A stretch of 51,459 nt of DNA from a virus (lineage: Duplodnaviria > Caudoviricetes). The DNA lies in IMG/VR virus record IMGVR_UViG_3300025585_000057, positions 1 to 51,459 of that record. One strand, written 5' to 3'. Below are positions 35,414-44,180 of this stretch, piece by piece. The position numbers and the translations under genes are program-made. The stretch's first letter is position 1; the number at the start of each line of letters is the position of its first letter. The notes beneath the pieces were generated by a model. That model saw only the letters and a list, made by a program, of their open reading frames with translations, was not told the origin of the DNA and made no database searches.

Positions 35414-36403
35414 ATGGCAGGAACTGAAGGAAACGGAGCAACTATTCTTAATACGGAGAATACGCCAGATGCGAAAACGACAGATGCTGCGCCAGCAACA
35501 ATCACGACGCCTCCAGCAGATGAGGCGGCAGGAACTAATACGAATAGCAATGACTCCGGACAAGGGGCTACAGGAGGCGATAAGGACGGGGCTGCTGCTG
35601 GAGGACACGAGGACTGGGACGCCATGCGAACCCGACTCTCGAACGGGGACGATAAGTTACTCAAACGGTTGTCTCGTTACAGCACGCTAGACGATTATAT
35701 CAAGGCCGGGTATGAGGCTCAGAATAAGTTAAGTTCAATTAAAGCGAACTCCAAGCCTGGTAAGGACGCAACACCGGAAGAGATCGCAGAATATAGAAAA
35801 GCAAACGGGGTGCCAGATGACCCTACAGGGTACGACATCGCGCTACCCGACGGGCTGATTCTCGGGGACAATGACCGCCCGATAGCCGAGAGTTTCATGC
35901 AGGTGGCGCATAAACATAACTTGCCGAACGATGTTGTGAATGACATCATCGCACAGCATTTACAGTTACAGGAGCAATCGGTATCCGAACGGATAGACGA
36001 GGATAACCGGCAATACGAGGCCACGATGGAGACTCTAAGAAGCCCTGAAGTATGGGGCGGGGAATTCGCCCGAAACCGTAACATGATCCTGAACCTATTG
36101 AATGAGGCCCCTCCAGGCGTGAGCGATCTTGTTCAGGGCGCACGTCTACCGGATGGTTCCGCATTGGCAAACAATCCGGAAGTGCTGGTGTGGCTGAACA
36201 ACCTGGCACGTAAAATTAACCCAACGGCGACTCTGACGGACGGCAATCGTAGCATGGCTGTGAGCCAGATAGAGGACGAGATGGCCGATATTCAGAAGCT
36301 AATGGGCGATTCCAATTCCGAATACTGGAAAGGACCGAAGTCTGAAAAGATGCAGGCTCGGTTCCGTGAATTAACATCGGTCTTGCAAGATGCGAAAAGA
36401 TGA
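35414..36403 (+). CDS. Capsid scaffolding protein
   Basis: Low-complexity acidic N-terminus, GVP.DP.GY, WGGEF, YWKG; lies between portal and capsid. Confidence 0.8.
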   Translation: MAGTEGNGATILNTENTPDAKTTDAAPATITTPPADEAAGTNTNSNDSGQGATGGDKDGAAAGGHEDWDAMRTRLSNGDDKLLKRLSRYSTLDDYIKAGYEAQNKLSSIKANSKPGKDATPEEIAEYRKANGVPDDPTGYDIALPDGLILGDNDRPIAESFMQVAHKHNLPNDVVNDIIAQHLQLQEQSVSERIDEDNRQYEATMETLRSPEVWGGEFARNRNMILNLLNEAPPGVSDLVQGARLPDGSALANNPEVLVWLNNLARKINPTATLTDGNRSMAVSQIEDEMADIQKLMGDSNSEYWKGPKSEKMQARFRELTSVLQDAKR

Positions 36404-36451
36404 GGTAGACTACGCTCATTCATGTACTTTCCTTGCTTGTTGAGAGCATTT

Positions 36452-36481
36452 CACCACCGACACAATCGGTGGTGTTTTTTT
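36452..36481 (+). terminator. Intrinsic terminator after scaffold gene
   Basis: CACCACCGA-CACAA-TCGGTGGTG followed by T7. Confidence 0.85.
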
Positions 36482-36482
36482 G

Positions 36483-36511
36483 TTGCAATTACGCCACACA
36501 TGTGGTAAGTT
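36483..36511 (+). promoter_or_regulatory. sigma70-like promoter for the major capsid gene
   Basis: TTGCAA-17 nt-TAAGTT with extended -10 TG. Confidence 0.55.
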
Positions 36512-36521
36512 CGCCCTAGTA

Positions 36522-36605
36522 TTAAGTGAAGGCCCTGTGTAGGCTCCTTCCGACACCCCTCGCAAGAGGCCCGGAGCCAAGCTGAGAGGCACCCCTGAGA
36601 CTTGA
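36522..36605 (+). ncRNA. Candidate cis-regulatory structured leader RNA of the major capsid mRNA
   Basis: Long hairpin TTAAGT/ACTTGA, GGCTCC/GGAGCC, CCTC-GCAA-GAGG with two copies of an RCACC x CC internal loop. Confidence 0.55.
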
Positions 36606-36649
36606 TCGAGTATTAATTTACTTTATCATATTTTATAGGAGTGCCAAAA

Positions 36650-37486
36650 ATGGCTGAATCCGCATTTCAGATTCAATACCGACAAGAGTTTATCGCCGGT
36701 TTTGAACAAACCCAATCCCTCGTAAGAGACACCGTAACTACCGAAGCCGTTATTAGCGGAAATCAGGCTGTGTTCCTGGTAGCCGATTCAGGTGACGCTT
36801 CCGCTGTTACTCGTGGCCTGAATGGTTTGATTCCAGGTCGTGCAGACAACTTGAACCAGAACACTGCGACACTTGTTGAATGGCATGACAAACCTGTCAA
36901 GACCAATTTCAACATCTTCGCCTCACAAGGCAATCAGCGCCAAATCATGCAGTACACCTCTATGGCCGTGATGAACCGTCGTATCGACGCTGACATCATC
37001 AACGAACTGAACGGTGGTAGCGTGACACAGGATACCGGTGCTACAGCACAGGCATCGCTGGATCTGGCCATGTATGCTCTGACTATCCTCGGCAACAACG
37101 CGGTGCCTCTGGATGGCAATATCAGTGCCCTGATTACCCCAGCTTTCTGGGCGTATTTGATGCAGACCAAAGAGTTCACCAACGTCGACTACGTGAACAA
37201 CAAGCCGTTTACGAACAGCTTGACAATGTTCCGCTGGGCGAACGTGAACTGGATCGTGCACCCGAACCTGCCTGGTAAAGGCACGAGCGCAGAGAAATGT
37301 TTCATGTTCCACAAATCCGCAATGGGCCATGCTATTGACCGGGCCGGTGTCCAGTCAGAAGTAGGCTACAACGGCGAGAACAACTACTCTTGGGCTCGTT
37401 GCAGCGCTTACATGGGTGCGAAACTTCTGCAGGCAGAAGGCGCGGTTATTATTAATCACGACGGTTCTGGCTACGCAGCCCAGTAA
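36650..37486 (+). CDS. Major capsid protein
   Basis: AFQIQYRQEFI..FEQ..S.VR.TV, A.MNRRID.DII..L, FMFHKSAMGHA; position after scaffold; AGGAG RBS. Confidence 0.88.
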   Translation: MAESAFQIQYRQEFIAGFEQTQSLVRDTVTTEAVISGNQAVFLVADSGDASAVTRGLNGLIPGRADNLNQNTATLVEWHDKPVKTNFNIFASQGNQRQIMQYTSMAVMNRRIDADIINELNGGSVTQDTGATAQASLDLAMYALTILGNNAVPLDGNISALITPAFWAYLMQTKEFTNVDYVNNKPFTNSLTMFRWANVNWIVHPNLPGKGTSAEKCFMFHKSAMGHAIDRAGVQSEVGYNGENNYSWARCSAYMGAKLLQAEGAVIINHDGSGYAAQ

Positions 37487-37513
37487 TCCTGACATTGAAT
37501 AGGAGCATTTAAC

Positions 37514-37810
37514 ATGGCATACGCAACTACTGATCCTCTGATCTGTTTAACAACCGCCGCACTCGGTGGCTCCGGCCCTCGTTTGTGGTACCACGAATCC
37601 GCTGATGCACTGGCCGCAGCTAATACCTCGGGGTTTATTACCGATGGTGGTAGTAAGGGTTTGCGAGTTGGCGATTACGTCTGGCATCAAGACACACAGA
37701 CCGACGGTGATCTGTCTATGCACCGAGTTATTACGGTAAGTGCTACTTACCCAGGGGCAGTCGACTTATCTGATGGCACCGCTATCTGCGAGAAGGCTAA
37801 CGCCGACTAA
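37514..37810 (+). CDS. Small capsid-associated protein
   Basis: Directly after the capsid gene with a strong RBS; W.HES.D...SGFITD..GLRVGD.V. Confidence 0.6.
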   Translation: MAYATTDPLICLTTAALGGSGPRLWYHESADALAAANTSGFITDGGSKGLRVGDYVWHQDTQTDGDLSMHRVITVSATYPGAVDLSDGTAICEKANAD

Positions 37811-37812
37811 GC

Positions 37813-37879
37813 TTGACTGAGCACCGAATAGGTGACAGAATTGAGGGGTTGTGGTGTCACCGCAACCCCTTATATTTTT
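37813..37879 (+). promoter_or_regulatory. Possible promoter (TTGACT-17-CAGAAT) and terminator-like hairpin
   Basis: AGGGGTTGTGG/CCGCAACCCCT hairpin followed by a T-rich tract. Confidence 0.5.
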
Positions 37880-37890
37880 AGGAGAATCAC

Positions 37891-38322
37891 ATGCCGGAAA
37901 TGAAACTACTGCCAAACCAGCTTAAAGAAGCAGCATACCAACGCCCGCATTACGCGGCGACACCTGTGGAAGGCACTACAAAGGAAGACATTCTGAATAA
38001 CAGCTATTGGACCCATATAGCACGCAAGGTAACTCCGGGGTCGATTATCGATGTAGTACCCGAGGACATGGCGTTTTTCGCGCAGTTGATAGTTACCTGG
38101 GTGGGGCACTTCGACATCCGTGTGAAACTATTGAATTACGTGGATCTGGCGGACGAGATGCCGATGCCCAACGGCGCGGACTTCACCCCGGTGTGGCGTA
38201 ACAGTAGAAAGTGGTGTGTCCAACGAGCCAAAGATGGTGCTATAATAGCGGAAAATCTGCCCTCGAAGAAGGACGCGGCAGTCTGGATCGCTGAGTACGA
38301 AACCAACCAAATGACGGGGTAA
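37891..38322 (+). CDS. Hypothetical protein in the morphogenesis operon
   Basis: AGGAG RBS, 143 aa. Confidence 0.7.
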   Translation: MPEMKLLPNQLKEAAYQRPHYAATPVEGTTKEDILNNSYWTHIARKVTPGSIIDVVPEDMAFFAQLIVTWVGHFDIRVKLLNYVDLADEMPMPNGADFTPVWRNSRKWCVQRAKDGAIIAENLPSKKDAAVWIAEYETNQMTG

Positions 38323-38325
38323 GCA

Positions 38326-38964
38326 ATGGCCACGAAGCTGGGTATCTGGAACGAAGCACTTGCAGCGCTGGGTCTGCGTATCGTGACGGCAGCACAGGTC
38401 ACGACACCGAATGACGAGCCGAGTAGAGTACTCAATGAGATCTACGATAGCGCGGTGGCTACTTGCCTAGAAACAGGACACTGGAAGTTCGCCTCGAAAG
38501 TAGCAGCACTCACGCCATCACTCACAGAGATACCCACCTTCGGGTACACGAACGCATTCGCTAAACCTACCGATTACGTTCGAGCAAACCAAATAGCAAC
38601 CGACGAATACTTCAATTCACCGCTATCTCGATATGCAGATAGGGGTGGCTACTGGTACGCGGAAGAGGAGACGTTATACGTTGAGTACGTCTCGAACGCT
38701 ACCACACTGGGGCTGGATCTTACGTTATGGCCTCAGACATTCGCAGATTATGTGGCGCTGTATCTGGCGCATAAAGTCTCACGCCGCCTACAACCCGACA
38801 AGGAGACCGACGTAGAGGACAAGGTGGAGAGAGCAAAACTCAATGCCTTGGCAAAAGATGCTGTCCTGGGGCCGACTCAGTTTCTGCCTCCAGGACGGTG
38901 GTCTTCTGCTCGTGTAGGTAACAGGCAATTCCGGCAATCTAATAGTTCACTATATGGCAGCTAA
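38326..38964 (+). CDS. Tail tubular protein A / adaptor (T7 gp11-like)
   Basis: TKL.I.N.AL..LG, W.FA, F..P.DY.R, F.DYVA..LA. Confidence 0.85.
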   Translation: MATKLGIWNEALAALGLRIVTAAQVTTPNDEPSRVLNEIYDSAVATCLETGHWKFASKVAALTPSLTEIPTFGYTNAFAKPTDYVRANQIATDEYFNSPLSRYADRGGYWYAEEETLYVEYVSNATTLGLDLTLWPQTFADYVALYLAHKVSRRLQPDKETDVEDKVERAKLNALAKDAVLGPTQFLPPGRWSSARVGNRQFRQSNSSLYGS

Positions 38965-41632
38965 AGATTACCAGATCGCGTTCAACCGCGGTATCGTTGA
39001 TAAGAAGGCAAAGGCCCGGGGGGATGTAAAACGCATCGCCATGTCTGCTGAAGAGCAGATGAACTGGGTTCCGCAAACACTCGGAGCGATGACGTTACGC
39101 CCGGGGTGGGAGTACATAGGGGCCGCCGCTACGGAGATCGGGGCAATCCGTTATATACCATTTGTGTTCTCACTGACGGATACGGCGTTAATCGAGGTAA
39201 CGGACGAGGCGCTCCGGTTCTGGGTAGATGACGAACTGGTGACACGCCCCTCGGTGGCGACTGCTTTCTCAAATGGCACTTTTGCCACGGCCCTGACGGA
39301 TTGGACCGACAACGATGAGGGCGTCGACGCAATATCGGATTGGTATACGGGCGGGTACATGCGGCTCACCGGTGGTGGCGCGAATGGGGCTAAACGCTCC
39401 CAGACGCTGACAATCGCAGCCGGGGACCAGAACATGGAACACGCAATCCGGATAAATGTTACGACGGGCTCGTGCCTGCTGCGCGTTGGCAGTACTACCG
39501 ACCTGGATGATTACATTACCGAAACCGAATTGGGGCCGGGGGTTCACTCCCTGACGTTCACCCCTACGGGCGCATCGGCTTTCGTGCACCTGATAAACCG
39601 GAGAACAGTGTATTGCCTCATCGATTCCGTTGCCATAGAGAGCGCCGGAGTATTGTCTATCGCGACAGGGCTCTTGCCCGAGGAAACGTTGGACGAACTG
39701 CGGTATGCACAGTCTGGTGACATACTTTTCATTGCGAGGGGTACGACACGTCAGCACGTAAAGATCGAAAGGCGCAGCACCCGATCGTGGTCTGTAGTCT
39801 ATTACTTGACAGAGGACGGGCCCTTCAGGGTCCCGAACACTACGGGTACGACTATCACACCATCGGCTATAAGTTCATCCGCAGCGGCACCTACTATCAC
39901 GCTCACCGCTTCCAAAGGGATATTCAAAGAGACCAACGTAGGATCTCTCTACCGGTTGACCTCTAAGGGACAAACGGTGTTTGAGGACAACGCTGCAGCA
40001 GCCCCCACGTCATCGAACTCGGTACGGGTATTCGGCATAGAGGCGGGGCGGACGATAACCATAACACTGGTGGGAACCGGTTTTACGGGGACCGTCGACT
40101 TGGAGCAGTCAATCGGGGAAGAGGGTTCCTGGACTGTTGTGCAGTCGTGGACCGCAGATGTGACTACTACGTATAACGACGCACTAGACAATCAGGTGGT
40201 CTACTACAGATTGACCCTGAGTGCGTATACCGCCGGCAGTATTGACATGACGATCACATTCTCGACGGGCTCGATTACCGGAGTGGCCCGTGTGACTGCG
40301 TACACAAGCCCGACAGTGGTTACCGCGGTCGTGCTTGAGGACTTCGGCGAGGCTACGGCGACAGATGACTGGTCTGAGAGCGCGTGGTCCGATAGGCGTG
40401 GGTACCCGTCAGCAGTAGCGCTGTACCAATCCCGTTTATACTGGGCAGGCAAGGACAAAATATGGGGCTCTGCAGTCAACGATTACTACAGCTTCACCGA
40501 CTTGAATGAGGGCGACGCGGAGCCGATATCACGAAGTATTGGAGCAGGCCCAGTTGATTCTATCAATTGGCTTCTGGCTTCGAGGCAGCTATTGGTAGGG
40601 GCGCAGGCAGCGGAGATCCTGGCGCGGTCGAATTCTATAGACGAGCCTTTGACTCCTTCCAACTTCAACTTGAAGGAAGGCAGCACGAACGGAACCTCGG
40701 CAGTCGATCCGATGAAGGTGGACGAGATAGCGTTCTTCGCAGATCGTGTCGGGCAACGGGTGTTTCAGGTATTGGCCTCCTCAGAGAATTTCGAAGTCAA
40801 CGAACTTACAGTAATGGTTCCGGATTTATGCTACCCGAAAATCGTTAGAACAGCCGTGCAACGTAGACCAGAAACCCGCTTGTACCTACTCACCTGTGAT
40901 GGGCGTGTGGTTGTAGTAACGTTCGACAAAGCGGAGGAGGTGAAGGCCTTCTGGACTATGGAAACAAGGGGCATTGTTGAGGATGTAGTCGTACTACCCG
41001 GTGCCTGTGGGGAGGATTTAGTTTATTTCTCTGTAGTGCGGGTTATCGACGACACGGTAGTTCGATACCTGGAGAAATCCGCGAAGATGACGGAGGCACG
41101 GGGTGGCGCGACATGTAAGCTCGCGGATTCTTTTGTCACCTATGACGGGGGTCTGACGAATATAATAGCCGGGTTGGACCATCTTGAGGGGCAGACAGTA
41201 GTCGCCTGGGGGAATAGTAAGGACCTCGGTGAATATCTTGTGAGCTCTGGAGTTGTTTATCTATCGGAGGAGGTCGAGCAGGCTTGCGTAGGGTTGTCTT
41301 ATTACGCGATGTTCGTGAGCAATAAGCTGGGCTTCTCTACATTCGGCTTACCAGCAATGGGCCCGAACACGAGAGTTTCGGAGGTATCGTTATTGTTGGT
41401 CGACACCGATGCAGATGGACTGGAGTACGGAACCGATGAGAACTATCTCGACACGTTACCGACTATTGACGACGGTACTGAAACCGAGGTAGGCTATCTA
41501 TGGAATTACTACGACAAACAGCCGCTGCCAGTAAACGGTGCTAATAGCACCGATGCGGTATTATATCTGAGAGCTACGGCACCTAGACCGTGTACGGTAC
41601 TGGGCGCTATTGCACAAGTGGAGGGACTATGA
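38954..41632 (+). CDS. Tail tubular protein B / nozzle (T7 gp12-like)
   Basis: AFNRG, N..P...G....RPG, YAQSGD.LF, GYPSAV..YQ.RL, HLEGQTV, VGL.Y. Confidence 0.88.
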   Translation: MAAKDYQIAFNRGIVDKKAKARGDVKRIAMSAEEQMNWVPQTLGAMTLRPGWEYIGAAATEIGAIRYIPFVFSLTDTALIEVTDEALRFWVDDELVTRPSVATAFSNGTFATALTDWTDNDEGVDAISDWYTGGYMRLTGGGANGAKRSQTLTIAAGDQNMEHAIRINVTTGSCLLRVGSTTDLDDYITETELGPGVHSLTFTPTGASAFVHLINRRTVYCLIDSVAIESAGVLSIATGLLPEETLDELRYAQSGDILFIARGTTRQHVKIERRSTRSWSVVYYLTEDGPFRVPNTTGTTITPSAISSSAAAPTITLTASKGIFKETNVGSLYRLTSKGQTVFEDNAAAAPTSSNSVRVFGIEAGRTITITLVGTGFTGTVDLEQSIGEEGSWTVVQSWTADVTTTYNDALDNQVVYYRLTLSAYTAGSIDMTITFSTGSITGVARVTAYTSPTVVTAVVLEDFGEATATDDWSESAWSDRRGYPSAVALYQSRLYWAGKDKIWGSAVNDYYSFTDLNEGDAEPISRSIGAGPVDSINWLLASRQLLVGAQAAEILARSNSIDEPLTPSNFNLKEGSTNGTSAVDPMKVDEIAFFADRVGQRVFQVLASSENFEVNELTVMVPDLCYPKIVRTAVQRRPETRLYLLTCDGRVVVVTFDKAEEVKAFWTMETRGIVEDVVVLPGACGEDLVYFSVVRVIDDTVVRYLEKSAKMTEARGGATCKLADSFVTYDGGLTNIIAGLDHLEGQTVVAWGNSKDLGEYLVSSGVVYLSEEVEQACVGLSYYAMFVSNKLGFSTFGLPAMGPNTRVSEVSLLLVDTDADGLEYGTDENYLDTLPTIDDGTETEVGYLWNYYDKQPLPVNGANSTDAVLYLRATAPRPCTVLGAIAQVEGL

Positions 41633-41967
41633 CATTGATGGTTAGAAATTCGAATAACAGTGATCTGACGGTGTTCTTCGGGGCGGGGGTGCCGATCTCT
41701 TTTCGGGGGGTAACGGTGACGGAAGATGACACTCCTATCGCGATCACGGGTATTTATTCCTGGGGCGGGAAGCGGATCATATTCTCGGATATACGAGCCG
41801 CTGGACGCAAATACAAACGAGAGATCATACGCTTCGCCAGACAATACCTGAACAGTATTCAAGGAGAATTGTTCGCGCTTGAGGACGAGAACGAACCGAC
41901 ATCGGCTGGGTTCCTCGAACACTTCGGATTTGTGAAAGTTAAAGACGGGATTTATAGGAGAGAATGA
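41629..41967 (+). CDS. GNAT-fold protein (T7 gp13-like position)
   Basis: PIAITG...EPTSAGFLEHFGF; lies between nozzle and ejection proteins. Confidence 0.65.
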   Translation: MTLMVRNSNNSDLTVFFGAGVPISFRGVTVTEDDTPIAITGIYSWGGKRIIFSDIRAAGRKYKREIIRFARQYLNSIQGELFALEDENEPTSAGFLEHFGFVKVKDGIYRRE

Positions 41968-41968
41968 C

Positions 41969-42445
41969 ATGGCGCAGATAATGATGCCTATGTTGGCCAT
42001 TGGCGGCGCGGGGATCTCGGCGCTTAGTAGTATCCAGGCAGGGCGGCAACAGAAAGCTGCGGCCAAATATGAAGCGAGGGTGCTGGATTTTAACGCCAAG
42101 CAGCAAGAAGCCGCCGGGCAGCAGGAGGCTATCAAGGCGCATCGTGAAGCGGACCTCATGGCTTCGAGGGCCTTGGCTATAGCAGGGGCTTCGGGTGCGG
42201 GAACTGTCGACCCGAATGTGCTCAATATCGTAAGCGGCATCCAACGTGAGGGCGAATACAACGCCCAACAAGCACGATACAACTACGGCTCTCAAGCCGC
42301 GAGCATGAGAGCTCAAGCGGGGGCCAGACGCCTGGAGGGTAAGAACGCAGCCAAAGCTGGGTGGATCAACGCCGGGGCCACCGTATTGAGTGGGGCAGCA
42401 ACCGCCGGGGATATGTTCTACGGCATGACTAGACCGAATGCTTGA
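41969..42445 (+). CDS. Internal virion (ejection) protein, gp14-like
   Basis: Ala/Gly-rich hydrophobic N-terminus, A.AGASG, Gln/Ala coiled coil. Confidence 0.75.
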   Translation: MAQIMMPMLAIGGAGISALSSIQAGRQQKAAAKYEARVLDFNAKQQEAAGQQEAIKAHREADLMASRALAIAGASGAGTVDPNVLNIVSGIQREGEYNAQQARYNYGSQAASMRAQAGARRLEGKNAAKAGWINAGATVLSGAATAGDMFYGMTRPNA

Positions 42446-42458
42446 GAGGAATTCAATA

Positions 42459-44180
42459 ATGCCTGTATTACCCACAGCAGCGGATATCACGAGAGCACCA
42501 GCGAGACCGTCTTCAGCGGTTGCGCAGTATAACCCAGGTGCAGTCGAAGAAGCGACAGCCAACTTAGGGCGCACGATAACCCGCACGGCAGATGCTGTTG
42601 TCGACATACAACACCGGCTGGCGCGATTGCATGCGCAGGATGCGCTGCTCGATCTCAAGAGGGCGCATAACGAACTTACCTACGGAGAGAACGGTTACGC
42701 CCGCTTGCAGAACGGAGCGGCTGCGGCTCCTGGGGTCTATAAGAAGTATGAGGATCTACACCGAGCAACGGCTGCAAAGTTCGCAGAGAAACTGAACCCG
42801 CTGGCTCGACAATATTTCGAAGTCGAGGCAAAAGACCTCGGCGATAATTTTCAGGCAGGATTTCTCCGACACGCGATGTCAGAAGAGCTTAAGCATCGCG
42901 GTGCGGTGTTTAAATCTTCCATCGACGTGTCAGCACAGACGGCAGCGTTGAACTACAACAACCCTGAGGTGCTGGCGCGAGAGAAGACATCCCGCGACAA
43001 ACTGCTGGCGGATTACTTTGCGGAGAACATTCCAGGCAACGACGAAGGGGATCAGAAACTACGGCTCTCTATAATGCACTCTGTACACGGCGAGGCGCAC
43101 GAAGCTGTCGTTAGAGCGATGTTGTTAAACGATAGGGTGCAAGACGCCAAGGAGTACCTGACCGCGAACAAGGATGAAATGTCCGGCAATCGGTTCCAGG
43201 CATTGCAGGACACGATGAAGAGCGAGGTCGCCGCAGATGAGGCGAGGGATATCGCCACCGAAATGTATAACATGCGTATCAAAGGCGCGTCGGAAATACA
43301 GATACAACAGCGGAAATTGGAACTCACGAAAGGGAAAAGCTCAACGACATCGAACTTCGTTGATAACGTTTACGGCGATCTGGTACGTGCACGCGAAACG
43401 GACGAACGCCGAGCTGTGGGCTCGCTGTTAATGGAAGCCGCGAACGGCGGCCTCAGCCCGAAAGATCCGAGGCTATTGGATCTCAAGATAAACAACCCGG
43501 CTTTGGCGCTGCAGGTACAGAAAGCCATGCAGAGACAGGCGGGGGGCGGCGGGGGCAAGGGCAGTAAGATGACGGATATGGCTTTGTACGCCGACATCGC
43601 AGACAAAATACGTACAGGCAAAGCTGTAGACGCGAACGATATCTACGGCTACGCGGGGGGCGGGTTGAGTGATGCTGACGCGAAGAAGCTCGTCGGTATG
43701 TTGGAGAAACGCGACACCGCAGCCGGCAAGTTCAAGATAAGTTCCGTACTGATCAAGGCCAACAAGCCGAAAAGCGCCAGCGGGAATAAGGAGCGCGATG
43801 CGGCTTACGCAGGATTCGTCGAATCCCAATTGGCGGAATGGAAAGAACAGAACCCAGGGAAGATCCCTACGCGGCAGGAGCAGATGGAAATCGTACAGTC
43901 GGCCAGCGAAGAGTATGTCGGGGTAGACCATGGAATGCTCTGGAGGGACATCACTGAGGAGTCTTACCGAATGGAGAATTTTAGCAATATCTACCCGAAA
44001 CGTTACGACAAAATAGAGGGGTTAAAAGGCCTCGGCCCTAATCAGAAGGTATACATCTACGAAGCCTGGAAGAAAGAAAAAGCACTCCCGGCAAAAGAAC
44101 GCAAGTATAATAGCGAAGCGGAATTTATAGTAGAAGGAGTCCCTTCGATACTCGAAGCGTTTAATAAGGCGAAAAAATAA
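42459..44180 (+). CDS. Internal virion (ejection) protein, gp15-like
   Basis: MPVLPT start after GAGAGGA RBS; helical; positioned before the giant gene. Confidence 0.7.
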   Translation: MPVLPTAADITRAPARPSSAVAQYNPGAVEEATANLGRTITRTADAVVDIQHRLARLHAQDALLDLKRAHNELTYGENGYARLQNGAAAAPGVYKKYEDLHRATAAKFAEKLNPLARQYFEVEAKDLGDNFQAGFLRHAMSEELKHRGAVFKSSIDVSAQTAALNYNNPEVLAREKTSRDKLLADYFAENIPGNDEGDQKLRLSIMHSVHGEAHEAVVRAMLLNDRVQDAKEYLTANKDEMSGNRFQALQDTMKSEVAADEARDIATEMYNMRIKGASEIQIQQRKLELTKGKSSTTSNFVDNVYGDLVRARETDERRAVGSLLMEAANGGLSPKDPRLLDLKINNPALALQVQKAMQRQAGGGGGKGSKMTDMALYADIADKIRTGKAVDANDIYGYAGGGLSDADAKKLVGMLEKRDTAAGKFKISSVLIKANKPKSASGNKERDAAYAGFVESQLAEWKEQNPGKIPTRQEQMEIVQSASEEYVGVDHGMLWRDITEESYRMENFSNIYPKRYDKIEGLKGLGPNQKVYIYEAWKKEKALPAKERKYNSEAEFIVEGVPSILEAFNKAKK

